A stretch of 64,000 nt of DNA from Eubacteriales bacterium (GCA_041672465.1 JBAYZO010000001.1:18988-82987); one strand, 5' to 3'. Positions 9,677 to 17,699 are shown, counted from the stretch's first letter. The notes: generated from the letters alone by a model not told the origin. Numbers and translations: made by a program.

Positions 9677-11050
9677 TTAATTCAGCTGTTCGCCCGCAGC
9701 GCCGTCAGGTACGGCGTTTGACTTAATAAGCTCCACCGCTTTGCGGATCGCGATATCCTTGACTACGCCGCCGAGAGGCACGGTTTCCTTGATTTTTTCC
9801 AAATCTATCTTATAGCTCTCCGCCATGGTTTTGTATTCTTCTTCTATTTCATCTTCGCTCGGGGCAATTCCCTCCGCCTTAACGACAGCCTCAAGCGCCA
9901 GCCGAGTTCTCACCCGGCGTTCGGATTCGGGGCGGAGCGAATCCCGAAATCTCTTTTCGTCCATCCCGGTATAGTTATAATACATGTCAAGGCTTCCTCC
10001 CTGAGAAGTCAGCCGATATTCAAAATCCCTTAAATCGCCGTCGATTTCGGTTTCAATCATCGCGTCGGGGAGGTCTAACTCTGTGTTCGCCAAAAGCTCA
10101 TCGATAATTTTTTCCTCATACGCCCTGTCTTCGGCTTTTTGTTTCCTATCGGTTATTTTCGCCTTTATATCCGCCTTATATTCATCAACCGTGTTCAGGC
10201 TTTCCGACACTTCTTTTACAAACTCGTCGTCAAGAACCGGGATCTCTTCCCTTTTGATTTCTTTAAGCTCAACCTTAAAAACGGCGGGTTTTCCGGCAAG
10301 CTCGCTTACGGGGTAATCAGCCGGAAAGGTGACGTTAACCTCAAAGCTCTCGCCCGCCAAACGGCCGATAACCTGATCCTCAAAACCCGGGATAAAAGAA
10401 CCCGAACCAAGCTTGAGCGCGTGGTCCCCGCCTTTTCCGCCCTCGAACGGAACTCCGTCTATAAAGCCCTCAAAATCAATAACTGCGGTGTCGCCGCCGC
10501 GCGAAGCTTCGCCCTCGATGACCAAAAGCCTTGCGTTTCGCTTTCTGTAGCTCATTATCTCGTTGTCAATTTCCTCGTTCGTAACGCTGACAACTTCTTT
10601 ATTCGCCTTAAGCCCTTTATATTTGCCCACAACCGCCTCCGGCTTTATAAACACCTTGGCGGTGAGGGTCACGCCCTCTTCGTTTATCGAGACTATTTCA
10701 ATGTCCGGCCTTGATACAACCTCAAGACCCGCCGATTCCACCGCTCTGCCGTAGACGTCGGGGAGGAGCCCGTCGATTGCCTCGTCATGGAAGAACGACG
10801 AGCCGTACATTTTTTCTATAATTGATTTCGGGGCTTTTCCCCTGCGGAACCCCGGCACGTTGATCTTCGCCGCGTTTCTTTTATACGCTTTCATCACCGC
10901 TTCGTCAAACACCGGTTTTTCAATAAGCAGCGTCAGTTCCTTGTGGTTCTTGCCTATTTCCTTTATGTCTTTTATCTCGTTATTTTCTTTTACTTCATTT
11001 GCTTTGGAATCGACCTTTATCTCGTCCGTTCCGCTATTTGTGTTTTCCAT
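9677..11050 (-). CDS. tig: Trigger factor
   Basis: Ribosome-binding signature GFRRGKAP, a central FKBP-type PPIase domain (VIDFEGFIDGVPFEGG) and a C-terminal arm domain. The track starts at a TTG at 11068. The ATG at 11050 is preferred because GGAGGA lies about 9 nt upstream. Confidence 0.9.
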   Translation of the reverse strand: MENTNSGTDEIKVDSKANEVKENNEIKDIKEIGKNHKELTLLIEKPVFDEAVMKAYKRNAAKINVPGFRRGKAPKSIIEKMYGSSFFHDEAIDGLLPDVYGRAVESAGLEVVSRPDIEIVSINEEGVTLTAKVFIKPEAVVGKYKGLKANKEVVSVTNEEIDNEIMSYRKRNARLLVIEGEASRGGDTAVIDFEGFIDGVPFEGGKGGDHALKLGSGSFIPGFEDQVIGRLAGESFEVNVTFPADYPVSELAGKPAVFKVELKEIKREEIPVLDDEFVKEVSESLNTVDEYKADIKAKITDRKQKAEDRAYEEKIIDELLANTELDLPDAMIETEIDGDLRDFEYRLTSQGGSLDMYYNYTGMDEKRFRDSLRPESERRVRTRLALEAVVKAEGIAPSEDEIEEEYKTMAESYKIDLEKIKETVPLGGVVKDIAIRKAVELIKSNAVPDGAAGEQLN

Positions 11051-11170
11051 CAAAAAATTATCCTCCAATTATCGTATCTATATTATTTTATACTAAAACG
11101 GCGGTTTGTCAACAGAATTTTGCAAAATTGAGATTTTTGTAACGAATTTTAAAATTTTCCCCCCTATGCC

Positions 11171-11199
11171 TTGATAAAGTTGTGTATTTTAAATATAAT
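11171..11199 (+). promoter_or_regulatory. Predicted sigma-A promoter for the sortase gene
   Basis: TTGATA (11171-11176), 17-nt spacer, TATAAT (11194-11199). Confidence 0.45.
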
Positions 11200-11244
11200 A
11201 ACCTTGCCACCGATTTACGGAATTATCCAAAGGAGCCTGCCTTT

Positions 11245-12348
11245 ATGCCCAAGCGCAACGCCGACGCCGAACACGCGGCAAACGATGTTACAAACGTACT
11301 TGAAAACGCTGACAAAGCCGAACTTACCCGCAAGTCAAGTCTTGCGGATACAAGCGTCTTTTGCGCGAACATACCCCTGCCCGACAACGGCATACTCACC
11401 GGCGGCGAGCTTGAGGAAACCGTGGCGAAGTTTGAGCTGAGCAGCATAAAACCCGTATATAACGGCAAAAAGCCAAAAATTATAACGGGAAAACTTATTG
11501 TCAGAATGGCGCTGCTTGCCGCCTGCGCCGGGTTGTTTTTTTACTGCGTGTACGCGATAGCCCAGCGGGTTGCCGACGACATAAGAAACGAAAATATAAT
11601 GGAAGACTTAATAGAGGCGACCGAGCGGAAATCCGAAGTGGCGCGAACCCCGAGACAAAAAGAGTCCCCGCTGACGCTTACGCTCTTTGACGCTCTCGGC
11701 GTTACCGAATACGCCCAAGAATGGAACGATATCGACACCGCCGGCAAATATGACTCTATCCGGTACACATTAACCAAGCTAAAGGCCGCGAACAGCGACA
11801 TTTTCGGCTGGATACGCTGCGTGGGCGGGATGATAAACATTAATTATCCCATTGTTAAGAGCACGGACAACAGTTTTTACCTAAACAAAAACTTTGAAAA
11901 GCGTCCGTCGGTCGCGGGGTCAATTTTTGCCGACTTTAGAAACTCGTTTACTCAGGGCGATAACTACAACACAATTTTTTACGGCCACTGCATGACAAAC
12001 GGCACAATGTTCAGGGCGGTAAAGGACTGGTACGATTCCCCCTCGCGTTCCGCCGCCGCCGACCAGATAAACATTGAGATTATTACCCCCGACGCGGTGT
12101 ATGTGTATGAGATTTTTGCCGCTTATCGGTCCTCGGGCTCTGACTTTATAACCGTCTCTTTCGCGAACAACGCCGAATACCTCACGTTTTTAAAGAATCT
12201 CCAGAAAAAATCCGTGCTTAAGAAAACCACGAGCTTTGACATAAACACAAGAATTATAACCCTTTCCACCTGCACAAACGTGATTTCAAACCCCGACGAG
12301 CGCTATGTCGTCCATGGCAAGCTTGTTAAAATTATAAAGTATAGCTAA
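11245..12348 (+). CDS. srtB: Class B sortase with a long N-terminal cytoplasmic extension
   Basis: Active-site TLSTC motif near the C-terminus. SrtB-type motifs are present (DIFGWIRC..INYPIVKSTDNSFYLNKNFEK, SIFADFRN, IFYGH). One TM helix (IVRMALLAACAGLFFYCVYAI) follows about 100 cytoplasmic residues. The ATG at 11245 has an AGGAG RBS, whereas the track start at 11182 lies inside the predicted promoter. Confidence 0.8.
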   Translation: MPKRNADAEHAANDVTNVLENADKAELTRKSSLADTSVFCANIPLPDNGILTGGELEETVAKFELSSIKPVYNGKKPKIITGKLIVRMALLAACAGLFFYCVYAIAQRVADDIRNENIMEDLIEATERKSEVARTPRQKESPLTLTLFDALGVTEYAQEWNDIDTAGKYDSIRYTLTKLKAANSDIFGWIRCVGGMININYPIVKSTDNSFYLNKNFEKRPSVAGSIFADFRNSFTQGDNYNTIFYGHCMTNGTMFRAVKDWYDSPSRSAAADQINIEIITPDAVYVYEIFAAYRSSGSDFITVSFANNAEYLTFLKNLQKKSVLKKTTSFDINTRIITLSTCTNVISNPDERYVVHGKLVKIIKYS

Positions 12349-12420
12349 AAAACCCTACTGTTATATTGTACGCCATTACATAAACTTTGGCGTTTTTGCC
12401 TTTAACCCCAAAGCGTTAAA

Positions 12421-12457
12421 GCATTAAAAAAAGCCGGCCGCCCGGCTTTTTTTAATG
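12421..12457. terminator. Bidirectional rho-independent terminator (sortase gene / LRR gene)
   Basis: Perfect palindrome GCATTAAAAAAAGCCGG-ccgc-CCGGCTTTTTTTAATGC, so the GC stem is flanked by A7 and T7. Confidence 0.8.
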
Positions 12458-12467
12458 CTGCTTTATG

Positions 12468-13820
12468 TTATTTTACCTGTGTGCCGGAAAAAACATAAGC
12501 GCCGATCTCGGTTGTTTCCGGAACGTCCGCGAAGACAAGATCCGAACACCCCGCGAAAGCGTAGCTGCCAATATATGTTACGGAATCGGGGATAAAAACC
12601 GCTTTGAGCGATTCGCACCCGAAAAACGCAAAGGCGGAGACAACCTCAAGAGAGGCGGGAAGGTAAACATATTCCAAAGACACGCAGTCTTCAAAAGCGC
12701 GAAGCTCTATCTCGGTAAGCGTATCCGGGAGACGCACGGCTTTTAACGAGGTAAAACCCGAAAACGCGCCGGGTTCGATTTTTGTAACGCCGTCCTCAAT
12801 ATAAATATATTCGATTCCCGAGTTGTTTTCCCAAATAAGCCCCGCCGGTATGACGGATGAGTTGCCGGCTTTTACAGTTATGCCTTTTGCGAACGGCACG
12901 TGAATCATTTCGGTAGTTTTAAATTCTTTTGTAAACAGCGACATATCGTAATTTTCGGGCTCTACGGGTTCTTCGGCGGGGGCGTCCGCGATATCCCTCA
13001 CCTCTATACCGGTGCCTTCAAACGTAATCGTGTCATATGTCACAGTGCCGGGCTTGGCATACACATAGTCCACAAGAACTCCAAAGAAGCTAACAATATT
13101 ATTCGGCAAAACAAGATATTCAATGTCCGCGCCTCTGAAGCACCCCCTGCCTATCCCCGAGAGAGAGTTCGGCAGGATAAGGTGTTTTAGCGAAGAACAC
13201 CACATAAAGGAGTCGTGCTCAATAAACGTCAGCGTGTCCGGCAATGATACCACAGACAGCGATTCGCAGTTATAAAACGAATCGAATGGTATGGAAGTCA
13301 CGGACGGGGGAAGATATATTTTCTCAAGCGAAACGCAGTCATTAAACACCCCGCAGTGGAGCCTGCTCAGCGTGGAGGGCAGGCGGACGACTTTAAGTTC
13401 CGAACAGCCCGCGAACGCGTACTCCTCAATTTCCGTAACGCCGTCCTCAATATACAGATATTTAATTTTTTTGTTCCCGCCGAACATTTCTTCCGTGATT
13501 TTTGTTATTGTGCCGGACTTGATTATCACCCCTTCGGCGGACTCGGGGAATTCATCCAGCACAAATTCAGAGGTGAAAAGCGACATATCATATGTTTCTT
13601 CCGGCATTTGGTATTCATTCGATGGTTCTTCGGACGATGATTCGGATGGTTCTTCGGCTGATGATTCGGGGAGTTCAGAACTTGTCAATGACAATATGCC
13701 GGACAAAGCGCTTTCCCCACCTTCGCTGACCCCGCCGCCGCCGGAACAGGAAAAAAGCGACGCAAAAGTCAAAGCGACCAAAACAGCGCAAAGGAAATAT
13801 GAGAGTATACGAGTTGACAT
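12468..13820 (-). CDS. BspA-type leucine-rich-repeat surface lipoprotein (two internally duplicated halves)
   Basis: Lipobox LFSC-SGG, then an acidic Ser/Glu linker, then two copies of the ...YDMSLFT.EF...IEYIYIEDGVT.IE..AF.G...LK.VRLP.TL... LRR module. The start is set at ATG 13820 (MSTRILSYF), which has AGGAGG 8 nt upstream. The track start at 13856 is less likely. Confidence 0.75.
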   Translation of the reverse strand: MSTRILSYFLCAVLVALTFASLFSCSGGGGVSEGGESALSGILSLTSSELPESSAEEPSESSSEEPSNEYQMPEETYDMSLFTSEFVLDEFPESAEGVIIKSGTITKITEEMFGGNKKIKYLYIEDGVTEIEEYAFAGCSELKVVRLPSTLSRLHCGVFNDCVSLEKIYLPPSVTSIPFDSFYNCESLSVVSLPDTLTFIEHDSFMWCSSLKHLILPNSLSGIGRGCFRGADIEYLVLPNNIVSFFGVLVDYVYAKPGTVTYDTITFEGTGIEVRDIADAPAEEPVEPENYDMSLFTKEFKTTEMIHVPFAKGITVKAGNSSVIPAGLIWENNSGIEYIYIEDGVTKIEPGAFSGFTSLKAVRLPDTLTEIELRAFEDCVSLEYVYLPASLEVVSAFAFFGCESLKAVFIPDSVTYIGSYAFAGCSDLVFADVPETTEIGAYVFSGTQVK

Positions 13821-13868
13821 TAAAATGGCCTCCTTTTTTAGCAAAACGCTAAACAATATAAATTAAAC

Positions 13869-14759
13869 TTAATAACTCTGTCGCGTTAACACCACTACAT
13901 ATTGGTTTGAATAAAGAAGTTTTACATATGTATTATCTATAATAAATGTAAAATCATTACTAAGAGAACGTAAAGTATATACAAGTTGTGCGTTTGTATA
14001 AGATTGTGGTATGAAAATTTTATTTTCAGTATAGTCTATATAAACGGGAGAGCCTGATTTTGTTTGTATTCCGGGATATGATGCATGATCAAATAGTTCA
14101 GTTTCTGAAAATTCTATATAACACTCGTTTACATCAAAAACTTGAGTAACATCAACAAACGGAGCATCTTCAGCATACTGCCAAAAAGACATTGTTGGGC
14201 AAAGATTTTTAGCATCTATATAACTCGTATTCCTTGTTGCAAACCATAATTTTAAATCGCCTAAGTTTGCCATGTTGTAACAATTTACTCTGAAGTCGTT
14301 ATTTAAATACAAACATGGTTCAAACCCTGCTTTCGCAATTGCTGTAGCATATGCTTTAGCAATATTGGTATTTGCTTCTTTTGTTAAAGTTTTATACCTG
14401 TCATTATTATTATCTTCCATATCAATGACTAATGGTAATTTAATTTTTGAATACCCGCCTGCAGCAATAACATTAGACAAAAACAAATTTACTTCAGTTT
14501 CAACAGATAGCTTGTTTACACTTGATCCTGTGTTTACATTCATTGCGCGGCAAAAATGATAAGCCCCAACCATTATCCCTTTTGATGTAGCCGCATTAAC
14601 ATTATTAATGAAGCATTGCCTCATTGCTCTGTCAGTACTTGAACTATCTGGATAACCCTCAGAAGCTTTAATAAATGCAAATGTTACCCCTTGATTTTTT
14701 AACTTTCCCCAAGTACTTGCGCTAACAGAAAAACTTACATCAACACCTAACCTTTGCAT
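13869..14759 (-). CDS. GH25 muramidase (lysozyme), endolysin-like, no signal peptide, with a C-terminal domain of about 90 aa of unknown type
   Basis: 296 aa. The N-terminus runs straight into the GH25 catalytic barrel (GVDVS...W..LK.QGVTFAFIKASEG ... GAYHF). RBS is GAAAGGTGG. Base composition is markedly AT-rich relative to the neighbours. Confidence 0.8.
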   Translation of the reverse strand: MQRLGVDVSFSVSASTWGKLKNQGVTFAFIKASEGYPDSSSTDRAMRQCFINNVNAATSKGIMVGAYHFCRAMNVNTGSSVNKLSVETEVNLFLSNVIAAGGYSKIKLPLVIDMEDNNNDRYKTLTKEANTNIAKAYATAIAKAGFEPCLYLNNDFRVNCYNMANLGDLKLWFATRNTSYIDAKNLCPTMSFWQYAEDAPFVDVTQVFDVNECYIEFSETELFDHASYPGIQTKSGSPVYIDYTENKIFIPQSYTNAQLVYTLRSLSNDFTFIIDNTYVKLLYSNQYVVVLTRQSY

Positions 14760-15129
14760 AAAAATCCACCTTTCTAAATTTTTTTTATATTAAAATAATA
14801 ATATAACTGTTTTAATTTTCCTTCTAAAATATACTTATTAAGTTAAATACCAAAAATTAATATGAATTTATTAACTTGTATTAAATTAATATATTTCTAC
14901 AAAAACTATGATTTTAATCCAAAAACCATGATACATATTTTTCTTGAACGACACTAACCCTGCGTTTTGCAGGGTTTCGCTGAGTGATGGTATAAAAACA
15001 TTTAGCCCAAACTCGGGCGGAAGATCAAAAAAGATGTTTTAGCGGTTTTGTCGCCGGATTCGGATAGGCTAACCGGATATGTTTGGGTTATTAAAGCCCG
15101 AAAGTATATTATATTCTGCTGTTATATTA

Positions 15130-15158
15130 AGTATAATACTAATTCCACAATATGTCAA
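15130..15158 (-). promoter_or_regulatory. Predicted sigma-A promoter reading toward the GH25 gene
   Basis: On the minus strand: TTGACA (15158-15153), 17-nt spacer, TATACT (15135-15130). This would give a leader of about 370 nt. Confidence 0.4.
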
Positions 15159-15315
15159 GAGGAAAAACGAATAAAGTGGAAAGGAATGAATGAAGTCGCG
15201 GCTTAATGCGCCGACAGACATGCTTTGTTGAAAAAACAAATGTAAAAGACAATGAATCAAAATTAAAAGTATATGTTTTAACTTCGTTACTTTAAGTCTT
15301 ATTTTTTCGTCTTAA

Positions 15316-15489
15316 ATGAAATATTGCTTCGCAATATGAAATAATGGTCTTGCGACCATTATGAAAATTTTCTGCTAAAGCAGAAAGTGAAATAAAATAA
15401 ATCCACCCATGCCCGCAGGCATTTCATACGCCGCAGGCGTATTTCATGTGCGTTAGCACATTTCACAAATCCGCAAGGATTTATTTCAT
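15316..15489. repeat. Mirror-arranged array of eight ATGAAAT/ATTTCAT heptamers alternating with seven unrelated perfect mini-hairpins
   Basis: Read directly from the sequence. Heptamers are at 15316, 15336, 15361 and 15387 (plus sense) and at 15421, 15441, 15460 and 15483 (reverse complement). Each interval holds a perfect 4-7 bp stem with a 3-4 nt loop. See findings. Confidence 0.7.
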
Positions 15490-15490
15490 T

Positions 15491-15518
15491 GAAAAAAGCG
15501 CCAAAAGGCGCTTTTTTC
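15491..15518 (-). terminator. Terminator of the tRNA-Leu/tRNA-fMet transcription unit
   Basis: GAAAAAAGCGCC-aaaa-GGCGCTTTTTTC lies immediately 3' of the tRNA-fMet CCA end. It is symmetric, so it could act in both directions. Confidence 0.75.
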
Positions 15519-15594
15519 TGGTTGCGGAGGCAGGATTTGAACCTGCGACCTCCGGGTTATGAGCCCGACGAGCTTCCAGCTGCTCTACCCCGCG
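15519..15594 (-). tRNA. Initiator tRNA-fMet (anticodon CAT)
   Basis: Minus strand: CGCGGGG-TA-GAGC-AGCTGGAA-GCTC-G-TCGGG-CTCATAA-CCCGG-AGGTC-GCAGG-TTCAAAT-CCTGC-CTCCGCA-A-CCA. It shows the C1:A72 mismatch and three consecutive G:C pairs closing the anticodon stem, both initiator hallmarks. The CCA end is encoded. Confidence 0.9.
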
Positions 15595-15640
15595 ATATTG
15601 AACTTTTGTTATAACTGCAACCCTTAGTGTCCAAAAATTG

Positions 15641-15729
15641 TGGTGCCGGACACCGGGCTTGAACCGGTACGAGATTTTAATCTCACGGGATTTTAAGTCC
15701 CGGGCGTCTGCCAATTCCGCCAGTCCGGC
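15641..15729 (-). tRNA. tRNA-Leu (anticodon TAA)
   Basis: Minus strand: GCCGGAC-TG-GCGG-AATTGGCAG-ACGC..GGGA-CTTAAAA-TCCC, then a long variable arm (GTGAGATTAAAATCTCGTAC), then CGGTTCAAGCCCGG-TGTCCGGC-A-CCA. Class II tRNA, 89 nt. Confidence 0.9.
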
Positions 15730-15743
15730 CCGACAGCATTGTG

Positions 15744-15772
15744 ATTGTAGCACATCAGGCCCTTGTTGTCAA
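15744..15772 (-). promoter_or_regulatory. Predicted strong sigma-A promoter of the tRNA pair
   Basis: Minus strand: TTGACA (15772-15767), 17-nt spacer, TACAAT (15749-15744), ending about 14 nt before the tRNA-Leu 5' end. The -35 box sits in the loop of an 8-bp hairpin (CATCAGGC...GCCTGATG). Confidence 0.6.
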
Positions 15773-15829
15773 GAGCCTGATGTAAAATTTATGATTTTGG
15801 CTTTTTAAACTGTTTTTGGGTATTTTGCT

Positions 15830-17524
15830 TTACTTTTTACCGCCGCGGGTTTTTTTATACCAAAACACCCCGAACGCCGCCGCGGCAAGGGCGGCGGTAG
15901 CGGACAAATACACCCAGAGCTTCGGCTTATCGTCTTTTTTCTTCTCAGGCTGAACAAAAGATTCGCCGCCGGAGGCAGGCTGCTCGCCGTCTGTTTCGGT
16001 AAAAACAATCAGCGCCTCGCTTGGCGGGCTCGCGAGGGTGGATTCGGTCTCTGCCGCGCGGCGGTAAAAGGTATATTCAGTCCCCGGGTTAAGTCCGGTA
16101 AAAATATTCCAACTCTGCCATGAAATGCCGTCCATGCTGTACTCAAAGCCCTCGTCGAACTGCAAAGTGACGCTTTTTTGGGTTTTTTCATGGACGGCAG
16201 GCGGGTCTACTACGCCTACAAACTCATTTTTAATGTTTTCGGGAACATATATTTTAAGCGCCTGTGTGTGAAGCTCAGGCTCGTAACTAATGTTTTCGCC
16301 GTCTACCTTGCTTAAATTAAACGTCACAAACGAAAACCCCCCCCACCAGTCCTCGGTGATATAAACAAGCCTTTCGTTTGTGTTCGGCTCCCTTTCTGTA
16401 GTCGCAAGCCCTCTCTCCGGCCATTTTTCCGCCCGGTACTGATAGCCCGCGTCAAGCGAAATAACGCTGCCGACGGGGATTTCGGCTTTACCGAACTTCT
16501 TGCCGGAGGCGATAAAGCGCTTGTTAAGGTCAACATCGGGGGCGGTGTAATAGTTGTAATTCGCCGTGGCGTTCCAGTAAGAAAAAGGTACCGGCCGCCA
16601 GTCAAGGGTTGTATATCCCTCCGGGTTAAAGTCATCGGCGGGGTTCACGGCGTAAATCGAGCTTGTCACCTCATAGGGGGAAGAAACCGCCGCCGCAACC
16701 GCCTCTTTTACAACGTCAAGGCTTGTTTGGGAGATAAGCCCTGTTTTCGCGTTTGAAATGCTCTCGCCTGTGAGGGCGGCAAACCAGACAAGCCCGGCGG
16801 CATAGCAGCCCAGCCGCTGTGACAGGTGATAGCCGTCGCTTGTGAAGTCGGGGTCGGGGATAAAAGAAGTCCTCATGTTTTGAATTGCCGTTCCGGCGGG
16901 AATAATAAAGTCAATTTCGCCATGCTTTTCGGCAACGCCGCTTTTCACGGCGTTTATTATCGCGCCGTACATAACGTCTTGGTCATTATTATAACCCGCG
17001 AAACCCGCGTGGGCGGAATCTTTGGCGTAAGCCCATGTCATATGCCAAGCGAGCTTTGTGTCCTCGGAAGTTTTGTTTTCGTTTATATAATCAATTAAAT
17101 TTGTCAGATAGGGCTCATATGAGCTCTCTATCCCGCTGTGAGTGCTGACCTGCTGAAGAACAATAAAATCCCAATCCTCTGAAACCAGCGCGGCGAGAAG
17201 CCGAGTTTGGGGGTTGCTGACCCATTTTCCGTCGGTGTTTACGTTATATGTATAGGCGGCGGCGTTTGTCCGGGCGTTTGACCAGTGGGTCTGGAGACTG
17301 CACCCGGCGATATAAAGGTTGCCTAATTTAATGTCGTCATAGCCCGCGTCGGTCGCGATTTGATACAAATGCGTAAAGGCGTTCTCGCTGAAACTGTTCC
17401 CGACAGCGAGCACTTTAAACGTCTTCTTTTCTCCCGCCGCTCTCGGCGACAGGCTCGGGAAGGTGAGGGCAAGAATGGGGAATACAAATATAAAAGATAA
17501 AAACTTTATGGTTTTGCGTGTCAT
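15830..17524 (-). CDS. Surface protein: signal peptide, DUF4886 / SGNH-hydrolase-like domain, FN3-like domain and a C-terminal TM anchor
   Basis: 564 aa. SGNH block I-like motif FKVLAVGNSFSENAF. FN3-like stretch KSVTLQFDEGFEYSMDGISWQSW..TGLNPGTEYTFYRR. C-terminal helix LWVYLSATAALAAAAFGVFWY followed by KKTRGGKK. Confidence 0.6.
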   Translation of the reverse strand: MTRKTIKFLSFIFVFPILALTFPSLSPRAAGEKKTFKVLAVGNSFSENAFTHLYQIATDAGYDDIKLGNLYIAGCSLQTHWSNARTNAAAYTYNVNTDGKWVSNPQTRLLAALVSEDWDFIVLQQVSTHSGIESSYEPYLTNLIDYINENKTSEDTKLAWHMTWAYAKDSAHAGFAGYNNDQDVMYGAIINAVKSGVAEKHGEIDFIIPAGTAIQNMRTSFIPDPDFTSDGYHLSQRLGCYAAGLVWFAALTGESISNAKTGLISQTSLDVVKEAVAAAVSSPYEVTSSIYAVNPADDFNPEGYTTLDWRPVPFSYWNATANYNYYTAPDVDLNKRFIASGKKFGKAEIPVGSVISLDAGYQYRAEKWPERGLATTEREPNTNERLVYITEDWWGGFSFVTFNLSKVDGENISYEPELHTQALKIYVPENIKNEFVGVVDPPAVHEKTQKSVTLQFDEGFEYSMDGISWQSWNIFTGLNPGTEYTFYRRAAETESTLASPPSEALIVFTETDGEQPASGGESFVQPEKKKDDKPKLWVYLSATAALAAAAFGVFWYKKTRGGKK

Positions 17525-17660
17525 GGGTTGTTCCTTTCAAAACTTTTATTAAATATTAAAACGCGGCGGCTTTTTTGCCCGCCGGGCGGCGGAAAACATT
17601 TAAGCGTTTCGGCACAAAACAGTTTAACAAAAAACTTTTTATTAGTCAACAGTTTACTAT

Positions 17661-17699
17661 TAACTGTTAGCTGTTAGCTGTTAGCTGTTAACTGTTAAC
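17661..17699. repeat. Heptanucleotide tandem array TAACTGT-(TAGCTGT)x3-TAACTGT-TAAC
   Basis: Read directly from the sequence. It lies about 75 nt upstream of the SBP promoter. The inverted partner AACAGTT is at 17648-17654. Confidence 0.9.

Noticed and set aside
11182-11244. Track-proposed upstream starts: 11182 for the sortase, 29621 for rpe, 11068 for tig, 13856 for the LRR protein, 52924 for the flavin-reductase-like gene and 24606 for the small CotF-associated ORF.
   Set aside because: In each case a downstream ATG or GTG has a properly spaced Shine-Dalgarno sequence. The extra N-terminal residues have no counterpart in the protein family, or they overlap a predicted promoter.
13600-13680. 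24-nt tandem duplication (GATGGTTCTTCGGnnGATGATTCGG x2) inside the LRR lipoprotein gene.
   Set aside because: It simply encodes the repetitive Ser/Glu-rich linker (EPSESSSEEPS) between the lipobox and the LRR domain. This is ordinary low-complexity linker expansion.
15069-15260. 63-aa hydrophobic ORF upstream of the GH25 gene, considered as a possible holin.
   Set aside because: It has a TTG start with no RBS and is separated from the lysin gene by 310 nt. The ORF also contains a near-consensus TTGACA-17-TATACT promoter, which makes a non-coding promoter region the simpler reading.
13857-15518. Calling the AT-rich tRNA-adjacent segment a mobile element or prophage remnant.
   Set aside because: No integrase, recombinase, transposase or phage structural gene is present, and I could not find a direct repeat of the tRNA 3' end by eye. 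It is reported only as a compositional islet.
15481-15753. 90-aa track ORF overlapping the two tRNA genes.
   Set aside because: The sequence folds into two canonical tRNAs (fMet-CAT and Leu-TAA) with an intervening spacer, so the ORF is an artefact.
17661-17699. Heptad arrays (17661, 36454, 39181, 62802) and the hairpin array (15316..15489), considered as CRISPR arrays.
   Set aside because: The repeat units are only 7 nt with no spacers, or with spacers of 12-18 nt. No cas genes are present. The geometry is incompatible with CRISPR.
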